NCBI GenBank assembly: GCA_040954595.2
Contig: CM082585.2
Span: forward strand, 6,225,808 to 6,289,807
From: Balanoglossus misakiensis
Taxonomy: Eukaryota > Animalia > Hemichordata
Length of the DNA stretch: 64,000 nucleotides
Direction of reading: 5' to 3'
The notes under the pieces were generated by a model. It was not told the DNA's origin and did no database searches. It saw only the letters and a program-made list of their open reading frames with translations. The position numbers were made by a program, and so were the translations under genes. Below are positions 1-13,745 of the stretch, piece by piece (position 1 is the first letter of the stretch; every line of letters begins with the position of its first letter).

Positions 1-1117
1 TATATTAAAAGTTTAAGCGAAATTGCCATTTAACAATGTGAACATGGATTTTTATTTTCTAAATATTGCAGTTCCTGTACACTCACTGATTTTGACATGA
101 CATATCTGACAGTACAGTTGTGGTACGATTTCAAATTATCTGTCCACTTTCTTTCTATCTGCCCGTTTGTGACATGATCATCTTACAGTTTGTGGTCCTG
201 TGTTTTTTTTCTTTCTTTGAAAAGTAGTGCCTCCTTATCGAAATTCATCGGCCACACAACATGCAAATAATTGTTAACTTGAAGGGTCCATTCTTGACAC
301 TACTTGGTACTTTTAATACTGTAGCAAACAACTCACATTTGATAGACCAGGTGACTTCTTGAAGAAGGGTGGAGCCTTCATGTCAACATAAAACATTGCG
401 ATGATGTCAAGTTACTGTAAAATATTTCAGTACAGAACAGCCTTTGGACAGCTCCATACAAGTCCAAGCATTGCAACAGGCCGGCACCATGACCTCTGTG
501 TGACCTTACATCCTGGTACTTTTGAGATGATACCTAATATGGAAAACTCAACATTCATTGGCCGTGGTTGGCTCTTACAGAGCTTTGAATTGAAAACTGG
601 ATTCACACAGACAAAAATGCCAGAATGTATTGGACTTGTGTTATGAAATAGGCATATTCTAGGAATCATAAAAATTTGCGCCTGCATAAAGCTATGAAGC
701 ATTTTACACCGGAAATTAATTAACAAAAAGTGCTCGCTGCTCTTGACATTTTAACTGTAGTATTGCTTTGATTTGATACTTGTTTAGCGTATTTGAAATT
801 GACATCGAGGTGTGTAAGATTTCCTTTGTTATAATAACACACAACAATATGACTGTGTAAATTTTCTGTACATATACTTTAGTCAACTAGATGTTGTAGG
901 GTAAGACTAATTCTAGGAATAAAGTCTTGATTGTACATCATTCATAATGAATGCAAGAATCTCGGGTGTCCTGATTTCTAGGCGAACATGCCCAGGGAAG
1001 TAACTCGAAAAAAGGTATTGAATTCACAATTTTTATGAACCATATGAATTTTGGAAAGTCAAGTGTGTACACTGAACTAGATATGGCATTTATTGGCCTA
1101 GAAAGGTCTTATAGGAA

Positions 1118-1325
1118 AGCGGTCATCGCGCCGCATGGGTGTCCCCCTTGATGAGAATATGTCCTCCCATACCAGCGCAAACCCCACTGCAGTCGCCACG
1201 ACCTACTAGGATCTTCAATTGCTGTCATGCGCAGTCTTTGCTACGGTTGGCTGCTTTGTTCATTCTAAGAATTCTCTAATTTCTGTAATGTTTGTAAACA
1301 AACAAATGCGGCGCGATGACCCCTT
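1118..1325. mobile_element. Degraded MITE with terminal inverted repeats
   Basis: GGTCATCGCGCCGCAT (1121) and its perfect reverse complement ATGCGGCGCGATGACC (~1306-1321). No intact TSD. Confidence 0.6.
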
Positions 1326-2381
1326 GACTTTAAATCTCTGAGTGGCAACACAGTACTGTTATTTGCTTCAAATTTAGCAGGCGCAAAACTCTCCCAGCGT
1401 CAAGCTGAGAAAATTCTCCTGTACATTTTATTTTCATGCACCACAAAGGGTCAATATGGGAGCTACAGTGTCAACTGCGCTATTATTGCATTAATGGTAA
1501 TAAACGTTTGTAAGTGAAAGAAAGTAAGCTTTATTGAAACAGCAACTCAGTAAACAAGATACGGCAAAGCAGAAGTAACTACATCTCGAATTCAGAATAT
1601 TGCACATATTAACTATTTGACAACTAATACTGAGCTTAATTTAAGATTTGCAGTTCATTTAAATACAGTACATATGTATGACCTATAAAAACAAGTTCTA
1701 ATTTAACCTGGCCCATAATTCCTTCTATATGTTCTTGCAAACAAAGTCCCAACTCTTGCTATAGACTCATTTCACCCAAACGCTATTTATAAATTAATCA
1801 AACCATGGCTACAATTCACCTGTTCAAACTTCATGTTGAACAGCCAATCACAAATCATCTTGTAAAACATGCAAATTTCTTACACCGGCCACCATAAAAT
1901 ATATGGAACACCTTCAGCGAATTGTTTTACATTATTTTTAATCATTTCACCATCTTTCATCAAAACAGTTTGAAAATAGGGTACTTCATAAATTGTTAAT
2001 TGAGGATATCACATGTAAATGAGTCTGAGAGACAATAGTAAAACCCACCACTCACTATTGGAAACATTTCAAAAAAGTAAAAAAAAAGTCAAATCGAAAA
2101 AAAATCAAATTTACAAATCTACATCTACAAACAACCTAAGCTTTTGATAGCTAGTTTAATAGACTAACCTATCAACAAAATCTACATTTCATAAATGTAA
2201 ACACTTCTCAAATTTAAATACTGGTATATCACAAAAACATGGCTGGAAGCATAATTCTGGTGGTGTGATCGTCAACAAAACTATACCATACAAACTACAT
2301 TTTAAAATATAAGTTTAGTAATACTTTCTTGAGATATGACGTCATTGAATGTCAATCACAATGTACTACATTACACTATGT

Positions 2382-4626
2382 CTAGTCCGTTGGCTCTTTT
2401 AACCCAAAATCTTTCCAATATTTCCCGACGAACACATCGCTGCTTTTAAGGTTACGCGTGACAAAACTGCCGAACACAAGACCAAAGGGAACTTGAAAAG
2501 CACCGCCCTGACGACCGATCGATAGGAGCATCATGGGCCCAGCTGTGAAAAAAAAGGAAAGAGGTCATGTCATAATTTGCAAAAAAAATTGTTTCCCCCA
2601 GAAATCAAATGGTTTTCCCTTTATATGTATGAAATGTCAAAAACGCTTACCTGGTTTGTATGGAGATTTGGGTTTTCCTAGAGCCTCCTTAAAGAGATTG
2701 TCAGCCAAGAGATCAGCCTGCAGTCCAGCTCTGTACGCCATTTTTGTCTCATTGACATTATTGCAGTCACCGATGGCATAGACTTGTTCGCAGCCGTCCA
2801 CTTGCAAAAATTCATTCACTCGTAGCCGTTCTTTCTCGTCCATTTTGTCAGCTACATCGATAAATAAGAGTACACCTCGATTTGTTAAAGCTGAGTCTTT
2901 GAAGATTGAGAAACCTCTCAGCTTTATACCTCATTTCTGTTCGTAAACCCCTTAGCTCACCCTACTTTTGGTAAACCCCTTAGCTTACCCACTTTTGTTT
3001 GTAAACCCCTTAGCTTAACCACTTTTGTTTGTAAACTCCTTAGCTTACCCCACATTTGTTCTTCAACCCCTTAGCTTATTTCACTTTTGTTCTTCAACCC
3101 CTTAGCTTACCCACTTTTGTTCTGCAGCCCCTTAGCTTACCCCCACTTTTCACAACGTCTACTTCGGTGTCCACTATAACCTGGCTGTCCGTTATTTTAC
3201 CAGACCCGCATTTGAGAAAAATCCAATGTCTTACTTACCTATGCTTGCAGAATAGGCCATGGAGTTGACCTTTAACCCAGTGCAACTAAGCGCCAACTCG
3301 GTTTCCAGTTCGACTCCCTTTTCAGTGACCACTTTGAACTTTTCTTTTGTATACTCCTCTGGGATGTCATCCATGTTCGTCACCCTGTCAGCTGTAAATT
3401 GATAAATTTATTATTCTTGATATATTTCTAAATATTGTCAATGTATAATTGGAATATCTAACATGTACAGGTAAAATGAAGGCTAGAAAACACATTATTT
3501 CACTGAAAGCAGTCTTTAGCAAGTCAAGAAAAAAATTTCCAAAATGGACGCTCGAAAAATGTAAGAGAAATGAAAGATAGCTATCAGAACTATTAGAAAC
3601 ATGATGTTGTCAAGACTTACATAGCACAAGTTTCACATTAAGCGCCTGCAACTGCGCCTTGACTTCCTTTTGGAAACCCTCCGACAGGTGGTCACTTACA
3701 AGGTTGTCATGGGGATGCACGATTGTCACTTGTTTTTCCTTGAAGTCCGTGGCAATCTCACCTGCCAGCTCGACACCTACAGCGCCCCCACCGACAATGA
3801 CAATACTGTTCGCTTTCTGAATCTGCAATGAGATATAAGGAAACAATAAAAATTTTATCATGTTTTTCAGCGTTTTTTATGATATAAATCTATATCAGCA
3901 TTTTTGCACTAAAATTCTGTGGAAATTACACCATGAATATGTAATTCACGTTCACATGCATGCATAATTAATGTGTTACATGCATATGTAAACTTGGGTC
4001 TCCAAACCTCTTCCATTTGTGTCCTGTACATACTAACGGCTTGCTCCATCGTTGTTGTCATCATCAATTTGGCGGGAAACATCCCCAGGGACCCCGTTGC
4101 TATGACGAGATGTGTGAAGTGAATGATTTCGTCACCGGCTACTAAAATGACAGATTTCTCTTCTAAGTTGATGGCACGGACAACTCCCTGCTTGAAATTT
4201 TCACCAAACATGTCTCGGTATGGAATTAACGTTTTCTTGGCGAATCCTAGAAAAATGATAACCAGTATTGTTGTAAATCGAATTATAATACCTGTTGTCA
4301 TCCGTTGTCTTGGTTAGAGTCCTTTGACATGCAAATAGCAAAATTAAAAAAAATAGACGACAAGGCTAGACTTTGTGTTGAGCATAGCAAAAAATCACAC
4401 GAGCTGGATTCTAGACTAACTAAAGAGATAATGCTCGTCTCACCGACTTACCTGCCTGTACTGAAGATCTCAACGCCCCGATATTCATGTGCATAGCATC
4501 TTTGCTGTCAATCAACGTGAATTTGCACCGGCCTTTCAACCGCGTGGCCAGCTGGCATCCTGCGAAGCCCCCTCCGACTATTACTATGTGTGATGTCTCG
4601 GGCAAACTCGAAGAATTACTCCCCAT
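2382..4626 (-). CDS. AIFM2: Ferroptosis suppressor protein 1 / apoptosis-inducing factor 2 (NAD(P)H:CoQ oxidoreductase). Six coding exons: 4626-4452, 4246-4008, 3822-3621, 3391-3239, 2851-2651, 2542-2382
   Basis: GT-AG exons join in frame. N-terminus MGSNSSS (myristoylation motif), two Rossmann motifs (IVIVGGGFAG, IVIVGGGAVG), LVIATGS, and VYAIGDC..ETKMAYRAGLQA. Stop TAG at 2384-2382. Confidence 0.93.
2935..3150. repeat. Minisatellite, ~30-bp unit (TTTGTTTGTAAACCCCTTAGCTTACCCAC) x ~7, in an AIFM2 intron
   Basis: Recurrent CCCCTTAGCTTACCCAC core. Confidence 0.9.
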
Positions 4627-4837
4627 GGTGCTGGAAATTTGTGGAAAGTCTGGAGAAAAAAGAGAAACAATGGGAGAAAAAAATATAGGCACATGTGTCC
4701 TTAATTCACATGGAGAGATTATCGTGGGTGATTTTGTCGGATTGTTCTTATTTTCGGATTATTCCAAAACAACGCATGACGTGGAAGTTGTTTGAGTTTT
4801 TGAAGTAAAAAGAAAGAACTTGAATCAGAGACGTAAT

Positions 4838-5018
4838 ATTCATTCATTCATTCGTTCATTCATTCATTCATTCATTCATTCATTCATTCATTCATTCATT
4901 CATTCATTCATTCATTCATTCATTCATTCATTCATTCATTCATTCACTCACTCACTCACTCACTCACTCACTCATTCATTCACTCATTCATTCATTCATT
5001 CATTCATTCATTCATTCA
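4838..5018. repeat. (TTCA)n/(CTCA)n microsatellite
   Basis: Direct. Confidence 0.97.
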
Positions 5019-7165
5019 TAAACAAACTGGTCAACGTCACTATACTATTCTTAAAGGGAGCGTTCATTTACTATGGCTGGAGTGGGGCGGGTAGGCAAAT
5101 TTATCGTGCTTACGCGTTATATTGTATACGTGTATTAATCGCTACCTCTACAAACCACAGACAATTACACAAGATAATTATGTAAAACGAATGTAATGAG
5201 TGATTTCTATTATGTAATATTATCGTAATGCAATGAAGATGTCAATGAGTACCAGCACAATTTGAAATCACAGTACTGGCCCGAGTTGTAGGAATGCATA
5301 TTTTTATACGTCGCCCGACCCTTTTACTGGAATTATTTGAGGTCGATCAAGACGCATTTCTGACTTGAAGATGGGTTGAAATCAGGCTGGGTTTGGATAA
5401 AAAAAAATCAACGCCGATCTGTTCAATTGGTTGGTACCATCTGCTTAATATTAATTACCGTCAGGTGGCTACCCTAAATAGATGTTTATCACCTTTGTTA
5501 GTTATGTGGTTTCGGTTGGAACCAAGTTGGCAGCGGGTGATACCAGAACCGCGCTGCTCGAGTGGGAACTCGGAACAGGTGGTTGCATTACTGTCTCTAC
5601 AATTATGCAGTGTTGAGTGTTAATATGTGTAAGGGGCCCATTATATGAATATGCAACATTACTACACATCTCTCCGTGTGGGTTACCAGTTAGCGAGATG
5701 TGTGGTCGTTAGTGTGAGAGTTCAGATCTTTCTCCTTGAAGATAGGCTAATATTACGATGGTTGTGTACTGTTGCAATGAACGGCTGGTCCTTAAATGGG
5801 TGCGGCAGCCGTTTATTATTTAGCATGTTAACTTGCTCGATTAATCTCCGATGACACTCGGCAACAACCCGTGGCCAGTGCTAGTTTGCATTGACGTCCG
5901 CAACAATAGTCTGTCTCAGAATTTTTCTCTCTCCAAATATACATAGACACATAACCCGCAGATCTGCAAGGATACGTGTTTACCAGCCTTCGTCAATATA
6001 CCACCATGTTTAGTGTTTGTAGCGCACCTCATATACTTTCATGGCGATCCAATGTCAAATAATACATCGTAAAACATAACTGTCTATTTATAACGCAGCA
6101 CAGAGCATTCATTGCAGAGACCGTCCAGAAACCAAGCAAACCAGATGTGAACTGAATATGCCCCCGTGGTTGAACTTTCTTGTGCCAAAATAATTTTAGA
6201 TGTGAACTACAACTTTGACTGTAAATTATTGTAGGCACGTTTTAACAAATTTTGGCGCTATGATTATCGACATGAACCCCCAAAGTTCTCGGCATTACAC
6301 TCTCGCGAAGAACAACATCTGTAGTAAATATTTCTGACAAGAAAGTGTGAAATTTCTTTTAAGGTGTCTGCGCTTTAGCGTTAGTGGAAATTGATTTTCG
6401 CTGCACTTATAGGTTACTATTGAGTGCATAGGTCATAACTGGCGCGTCTGATATTTCTTATTAAAACATTTAATTAAGAGTCTGTGAGAGTGAAAACATG
6501 ATAACGTTGTCATGCGCAGTCCTCAGTTCGATCTGCGCATGTCCACCCAACTCAGTGCAGCGCCAAGCGTATTTTAATAACGTGGTATATCATGTACGTG
6601 TCTCGAACAATGTAGACAAACATTTTATGTGTTATATTTAGAAATTAAAGACATGAGTAAGGGCTCTAACCACTGACAATACAGCATGCCCCATTAGATT
6701 TACGACGAACATTTTACGGTAAATTAAAGCTGACTTGCAAAACTACCAAGTTTTTTTGATGAAAATAGACGGGACAATTTCGTTCTATCGATTTTTGCAT
6801 TACATGTTTACTATTCATAGTTGTGAACTGGCGGAGATATATACCCAAAGAAATTATTTGCACACTCAAATTTACCCCTATATTTCTTGTAGAGTATAAT
6901 AACAAGCAGACACACACCTATTGGGCGCAACAAAATTAGTTTGGAACGTTAATTATCAAAATAATAGGAAAATACGCTGCGCACTACAGATAGACGATAT
7001 GAAGCAGGGATGGGACACGCCCCTCGGACGGTTATGTTCAACAAAAGTTTTTGTAGTGTATTTATAGATATATAAGTCTATCCGATGTACATGTACTTGT
7101 CTCTTCTGGATGCATACACGTCAACGAAATTGTGTTGCATTGTTGCAAAGTTGCATATCTTTCCG

Positions 7166-7253
<88 letters not shown>
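7166..7253. repeat. (GAT)n microsatellite
   Basis: Direct. Confidence 0.97.
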
Positions 7254-7616
7254 CTACTTAATGACGACTAATATGAGTGCGCCAGTGCAGACACTGTCAT
7301 TTTGACAAGTTCAGACAAGGACCAATTTTCATCAATGGCTATAAAACTGTTTACTTATGATCATTCAATGTATATTTTACTCTATTAAATGTATTCGATA
7401 GAGGAGCGCAGAATATAGTGGCGTTCTGAGCAACTGACGAGCAATAACTTGACATCATTGCTGTCGATCATTTAATCGATGGCGTGGGGTACACTAGCTT
7501 GTGTCTCTTCATGTCAATTTACCACGGACAGAAATATTAACTCGAATTTATAGATTATGCACAAATAATTAATGAGAGCGTGCATGCGCGTGTGTATAAA
7601 CGAGGATTTACGTTAC

Positions 7617-7745
7617 CTTAGAGTCAGCAGTTGTCACTTGAAGTTGAGCGAACGCAGGACAGTTCCGTCAGCCAACACACGGATCTAACATTGAGATATT
7701 CAAAAACAATGACTCGGACCCCAGAAATATCTCAGCTAGCTCGGT
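7617..7745 (-). other. Possible non-coding 5' exon of AIFM2
   Basis: The AIFM2 ATG exon is preceded by a polypyrimidine/CAG acceptor (~4650), so an upstream exon is needed. A donor AAG|gtaacg lies at 7617/7616 in a more CpG-rich zone. The upper boundary is a guess. Confidence 0.35.
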
Positions 7746-9262
7746 AACCGTCCAAATATATGAATAATATGCTAATATCTCAACCGGTATTTAGGCAAAC
7801 CCGTACTAATTTTATTTTTCCTAAAATAACTTGTTTTAAACTCTCCCTGGGAATGTCGGTTTGAATAAATTAACCCATTGGTGTTAACCAATCGTCTCTG
7901 TCCGTTTCCCATGTTCCAAAGATATGGTGATTAATTTTTATATAGGCTTGAACTCTATCTTACTACATGATCATTAAAATTCGTTGTAAACAACCACAAT
8001 GTTTGATGTTTCGAAATATGTTAATCGTTGTCGTTTCGGGCATCTTTAATGCGATATTAGATTAAATTACAAATGCGTTTGCCCGGTGTAGCTGAATTGC
8101 CGCATATATGAGAAGACGGCATAACCATGGTAATGAAATATCATGTACATTTTAGAATTGCGACCATTTGGAAAAATGGAAACTCCGTCTTTGCTTACTA
8201 CACATAGAATAAAGTACTGCTTGCATGCCTACAACAATAATTGCGATAGATTGTATGGTGAAAAGTTTGTCTGGGAATTTATCTTTGAGTTTATCGTACA
8301 ACCCCCTTTTCTCGGATGGGAGTTTTTTTGCAATTGTCTTGCTGAAATGGTGACAACGCCTTCGCTTGCGTGTGAACTGGACAGCTGGATGGAAATTTGC
8401 AATTGCTGTACGTCCATACTAGAGCTATATATGAACAAGTTGAAGCAGCGTTGCTCGGCCATTAGAGATAGAGGTACCGGTACCCGCCATTTGTTGGCTT
8501 GGCCTGAATGCTAATCTTCGTTGCATATTGTAACTCACTTACAGTTGCGTCAGGTGGCGATACCAATCACGCGCATAAATTTATTCTACCACCGATCTGA
8601 AATTTTGGTTATTAAAGGTCGTCAGCAATAGAGTAGCCGGAGAGGAGGCCTGTATCCTTTCACGTTTATTCTTTTTAAAGGAACGTGCATAGACAACCAT
8701 TTGTTTCCCAGACAAGGGCTATTGTTTATTTGGACGTGCCCACGTGTAGAAATGCAGACACATGGGCCGAATGTGTGGTGCGTCATCACTTGGTTGTTTA
8801 TCGCTGTTTTGGTGTCCTGTGTGGACGTACTGGTCAATATTTACAGGTAGGCCTACTCCCAAAATAAACTAATCATTCCTACCAGCCACGTGGGGCTTTC
8901 CTATAACTCAGAGGAGTTTGAAGAAAGTTGGGAATTTGTAGGCGAATATGGGAGACGGTGTCGGGAAGGAAGGGAAGGAAGTCCCTGGACTTGTCTCGAG
9001 AGGGCGCCATCGTGACCCCTTTTGAACCCTGGGACAACCCCGACCTTTGACCTCACCGGCCGAACATCATGATCCCATGAAGATGTAGTTGATAAGCAAA
9101 ATCGGTATTTATTATCGCACCGTTCATCAGTACACCGTCCGTCTACCACTGTGATCAGTAGGTATAGAAGGCAGATCCGTATGCAAGTCCACAAGCTGAT
9201 GTATGACCTCAGTTTTGCTTTAGCGCGCAAATCACAACACTGCCACAGCGCCTTCCAACGAA

Positions 9263-12200
9263 ATGAATGAAAAATCCAAGAAATCGAAGTTCATTGTATC
9301 AGTCGATGTCGGGACGACAACTGTTCGGTGCCAAGTCTACGATGAAGAGGTCAATGTACTAGGTCAGACCAATCAACCGGTATGTTTTATCACTTATATC
9401 CCAGTACATTGTATTCATTTTCTGCCCAGCGACAGAGGTAAACAGCTTGCGCTCTACGTGGCAGAATTGTGTATATACATGTACATAGGCTATATGTCAC
9501 ACAGCCTGAGCCAATATGCATGATATGCCACAGGCCCTTAAATCAACAACCAGAAGCCGTGCACTGATTTCAACAACTGTAAGCAGAGCAGGTCTTCGAG
9601 TTGTTGATTTAAGGGCCTGTGCAATATGCCACACAGAGAGCCATGACATTGGCCCCCATAAGGCATACCGTCCCAGAATCCTTATGCCTCACCAATGGAC
9701 ATTGAACTTGGAAACACCACAAATAGAACTTTACCCCAGGAAAGCAATTTATGACTTTGTGAAATTCCATAGTACACTACAAGATCAGAAACGTGTTTCC
9801 ACTTTCATTTTTTAGAATATTTTCTAAACTAAATGGCCCATTAAAAAAAGATCATCCATCCATCGACACCTGTTGCAGCTTTTACTGATTTCAATAAATT
9901 CATGAATTATGGTTCATGGTAATACTCTAGACTAGCTCTGCGTGCAGGTCTGTGTGTTCCCGGGTGGAGGCCGTGTAACGCCATGAACACATAGACCTGT
10001 ACGCAGAGCTATAGTCTAGGTTTGATCATTGACATGTTTGACCGTATAGTCTGCTGTGAAGAAAAAATACTTGTAGCACATTAGTGTGGTTGTGATCCTA
10101 TTCAAATATATCCACATACATTGCTTGATCCGTTGCAGTAAAGGCGGGAATTCATTGACCCAAATATTCAGTGTTATCAATATAAATGGTTAACTCAGCA
10201 TCGTGGTTCGTAATTAGTAATAGCTGCTTACAGCCAGTGTAATGCTGTTCTTAAATCGGTGATAGTTTTGAGAAATTGAAAACTGGAGTTTATCGTTCTA
10301 CTCCATATAAATTAAAGCATGTTGAAAGCTAATGTTTGGCTCAGTCGTCATCACGACCTGTATGTGTATAGCCAGCATTGTTATAATTGGCGAACACACT
10401 GGCTAAATACTTGTAAAATTGGTATTTCAGTAATTTGAGTGGATTATAGTTTAAACTGTCACAGCTGCAATGAACATGATTTATGACCAGGTAATCAATT
10501 TTATAGAGGTCCAACTTTACCATAGAAAACAATGGATTTCGACCAAACCATGGTGGTGAAGGGATAAATGAATTAAACTTGTTGTCCGACATGTAACTTT
10601 TGATATTTCCTTCAAATAATGTTGGCTGCAAGGGTATTAATTTCAGTACTAATTTCTTACATAGAATTTCGAATCTTTTTCCTTCAACAGCTTGAGGTGT
10701 TACAAGGTCAACATGGATGCAAAGAGATTGACCCTGATAGTTTGTGGAAGCAATTTACAGAGGTTGTCAAAAATGCAATAAAAGGTTAGTCCAATAATTG
10801 CATTGAACGGTTTGTCATGTGCATTTGAAAATATTCATACCATTGAAAATACATGTAATAGAAAAAATAATAATGTCATGATAAAGTGACCTTACCACTT
10901 TAAAGTACTAGTAGATAAGATATCAGAAATCTCCTGTTTGCTGTCCATTGTGAATGATAATCATTGTATTGTTTGTTGTGTTTCATATGACAGAATCCAA
11001 TATAACTGCAGCTGATGTAGATGTTATGGGCATATCTGTACACAGAGGAACTTATATTCTCTGGGAAAAGTTAGTATGACAAACGCTAAAATGTTGACTA
11101 ATATGTAATACGGTATTAAACAACAAGAAATTTTCTAATTTTTGCTCAAATTCAGAAAACTGCAGTAGTTACGCAAAACAAAAATACTGAAAACATAGCA
11201 ACAAATGTACAGCTCTTTAACCGTTCTAAATGATAAAATCATAGGTCATCAAGGGGTGAGCGCATTTCAATTGACAACCAACTTTCAAAACCTGTCTTTG
11301 TTGATGTTTAATTAATTTCTGTCATATATTCTTGATTTCACAGGAGCAGTGGTAAACTCCTTCACAATTTTATAACATGGCAAGATACAAGAGCTTCAAC
11401 TTATGTAGATTCAGTGAACAGATCATTTTCATATGGTGTAAGTATGAAATATCAACCATGCGCTCTCTGCAGGGATTAACCTCTAAATGTCATAGGTCAC
11501 CAAGGGGTCATGTCATAGGTCACCAGGGGGGTCAGGGTTCAAAATTACAATATTTTGAATCTCCAGAAATGAATGACTTACCACTCATTGCAAGATCTTG
11601 CAAAACTTCGTTAATTACCGTAGCAACGAGTTGTGGCCAATTAATAACCTATATAATTACTATGTAATAAACTCTATGTTATCTTGACACCTATGTTATT
11701 TTTCTTTTCAAGATTGTGAGAAAAGGAGCAAAATTTTTACATCTGGTCACAAGGCAGAATAGATGGAAAATGGCCAGCGTCTTCAATTTCAGTACACAAC
11801 ACGCTATGGCAAGACTAGGGTGGTACCTGACGAACAATCCCGAGGTAAGATGAAAATTTATATAAAACTGAAAATCATGAAATTCACTAGAATGAAACAA
11901 CCATTAAATTTTCTTGTTCTGGAGTCACCTAGAAGTGAAACATTTCATCCATGATTTGTTAGTTGCAATATTCCTTATATTATTCAATTTATTCATGGTT
12001 GCAAGAGTCAGATTTTCTGTTTTGATGGCTTGGATTAATTTTTATTTTCAAATTTTTGGTCTGAAGATCAAAAGACGTGCAAGTGCTGGGGAGATCCTGT
12101 TCGGTACGATTGACACTTGGCTGATATGGAAGTTAACTGCAGGTAAGACAATAAGGCCACTTTAATGACCCCTATGTTAAAATGTTTGCTTCTGTTCAGC

Positions 12201-13644
12201 ATGTACTGAGTAGCTCCTTCGACCGGTGGACATATTTAGACCAGATCATCATCCACAGTTATGTAAATTCTTATAAATCATTCTGTTGCTTAATTAACAC
12301 TTTTTGTCTGTTTTATCACAGGAAAGAAGCATGTCACAGATTACTCTAATGCAAGTGCTACTGGCATGTTTGATCCGTTCGTGGTGAGTTTTCGTAGCGA
12401 TTGTGTCCTTATGCCAAATTTTCCTTTTTGATATATCGGATATCTGATTGCTGTTAGCACGGTTTGCAACTGTCAATGCATCCTATAAAACCATAAATTT
12501 TTAAAAACTTTTTTTTCAGATGAACTGGAATTGGATATTTTTCACTGTGCTAGGCCTTCCTATGTGTATTCTCCCAACCATTGTAGATACTTGGTAAGAT
12601 ACCCTGATTTTCTCTAGTATTCTCATTCATTAATCCAGAGACTGTGTCATTGACAATGAGTTGTTTACATTGTAAGAGTAGAGGTCATAAGGTCATCGCT
12701 ACCAGTGAGATTCACTCTGTAATACTGTAAAACACTTTATTTTCGCGGGTTAAATTTTTCGCGATATCGAGAGAGGCCACTGTTTTGCGAGTATTAATTT
12801 TCGCATTCTCTTATTTCATTCACTGCATCGTTATCTTAAAAAAAATTACGCGACTTTTTATTTTCAAGCTATTTTGACTCTCACGTTTTTGGCGAAAATT
12901 AATTGCTCGCGAAAAGAAAGTGTTTGACATTATTTGCATAATGATGTTGTTGTTGTTGGAGAGGCTGATTGTTACCCTTTGATTGTGCATTGCCTACCAG
13001 CATATCTAAACATCAAGGGCAGGGGTAACTGTAGCTATATGAGAGCTGTCTAATGGTATTACACACTGCAACACTCATTTTATCAAACACACTACAACCA
13101 CCTAAAATGTATAGTCCAAGTCCCGGGGCAGTTAATCCATGAGTATACACTGCCCTGTTGTTTGAAAGCTAACATGTATCAGTTGTGTTAATCTTTTCTG
13201 ACAAATGTTGCATTCCGAGAAATTTGTCTTTTTGGAACAGAAAGTACACTTTATGAACATAGATTTATCATGAGTGCATTATGGACATGTTCATAGACGG
13301 GTCTATTTTTCTCCTGCAGTGAAGACTATGGACTCTGTAATGCAGAGGTCTTCGGAGCTGAAATCCCAATCGGTGCAGTTGTAAGTATGACAGATTATCG
13401 TGGCAAGAATGAGTGGTTCGTGGTCACTTCTGGAGATGAGCATATATACAGATTCTCTGCGTAATATTGCAAGATGATGGTGACGATGATGATGATGGTG
13501 ATGATGGTGGTGATGGTGATGATGATGGTGATGGTGATGATGATGATGATGGTGATGATGATGAGGATGATGATGATGATGATGATGGTGATGGTGATGA
13601 TGATGAGGATGAGGATGATGATGATGGTGATGGTGATGATGATG

Positions 13645-13696
<52 letters not shown>

Positions 13697-13714
13697 GGAT
13701 GATGATGATGATGG

Positions 13715-13745
<31 letters not shown>

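Noticed and set aside
2935-3150. Telomere-like AACCCC/TTAG motifs
   Set aside because: A 30-bp minisatellite with no tandem TTAGGG/CCCTAA units.
4820-5185. HSFI-repeat ORFs (also 28891-29394, 61260-61587) and YIHT/MYVC ORFs (54776-55110)
   Set aside because: Translations of tetranucleotide microsatellites.
7618-7632. NRF2 antioxidant response element near AIFM2 (AGAGTCAGCA)
   Set aside because: It mismatches the essential TGA core.
8143-9230. ORFs of 109-123 aa between AIFM2 and GK5
   Set aside because: No recognisable domain or splice context; most likely promoter or intergenic sequence.
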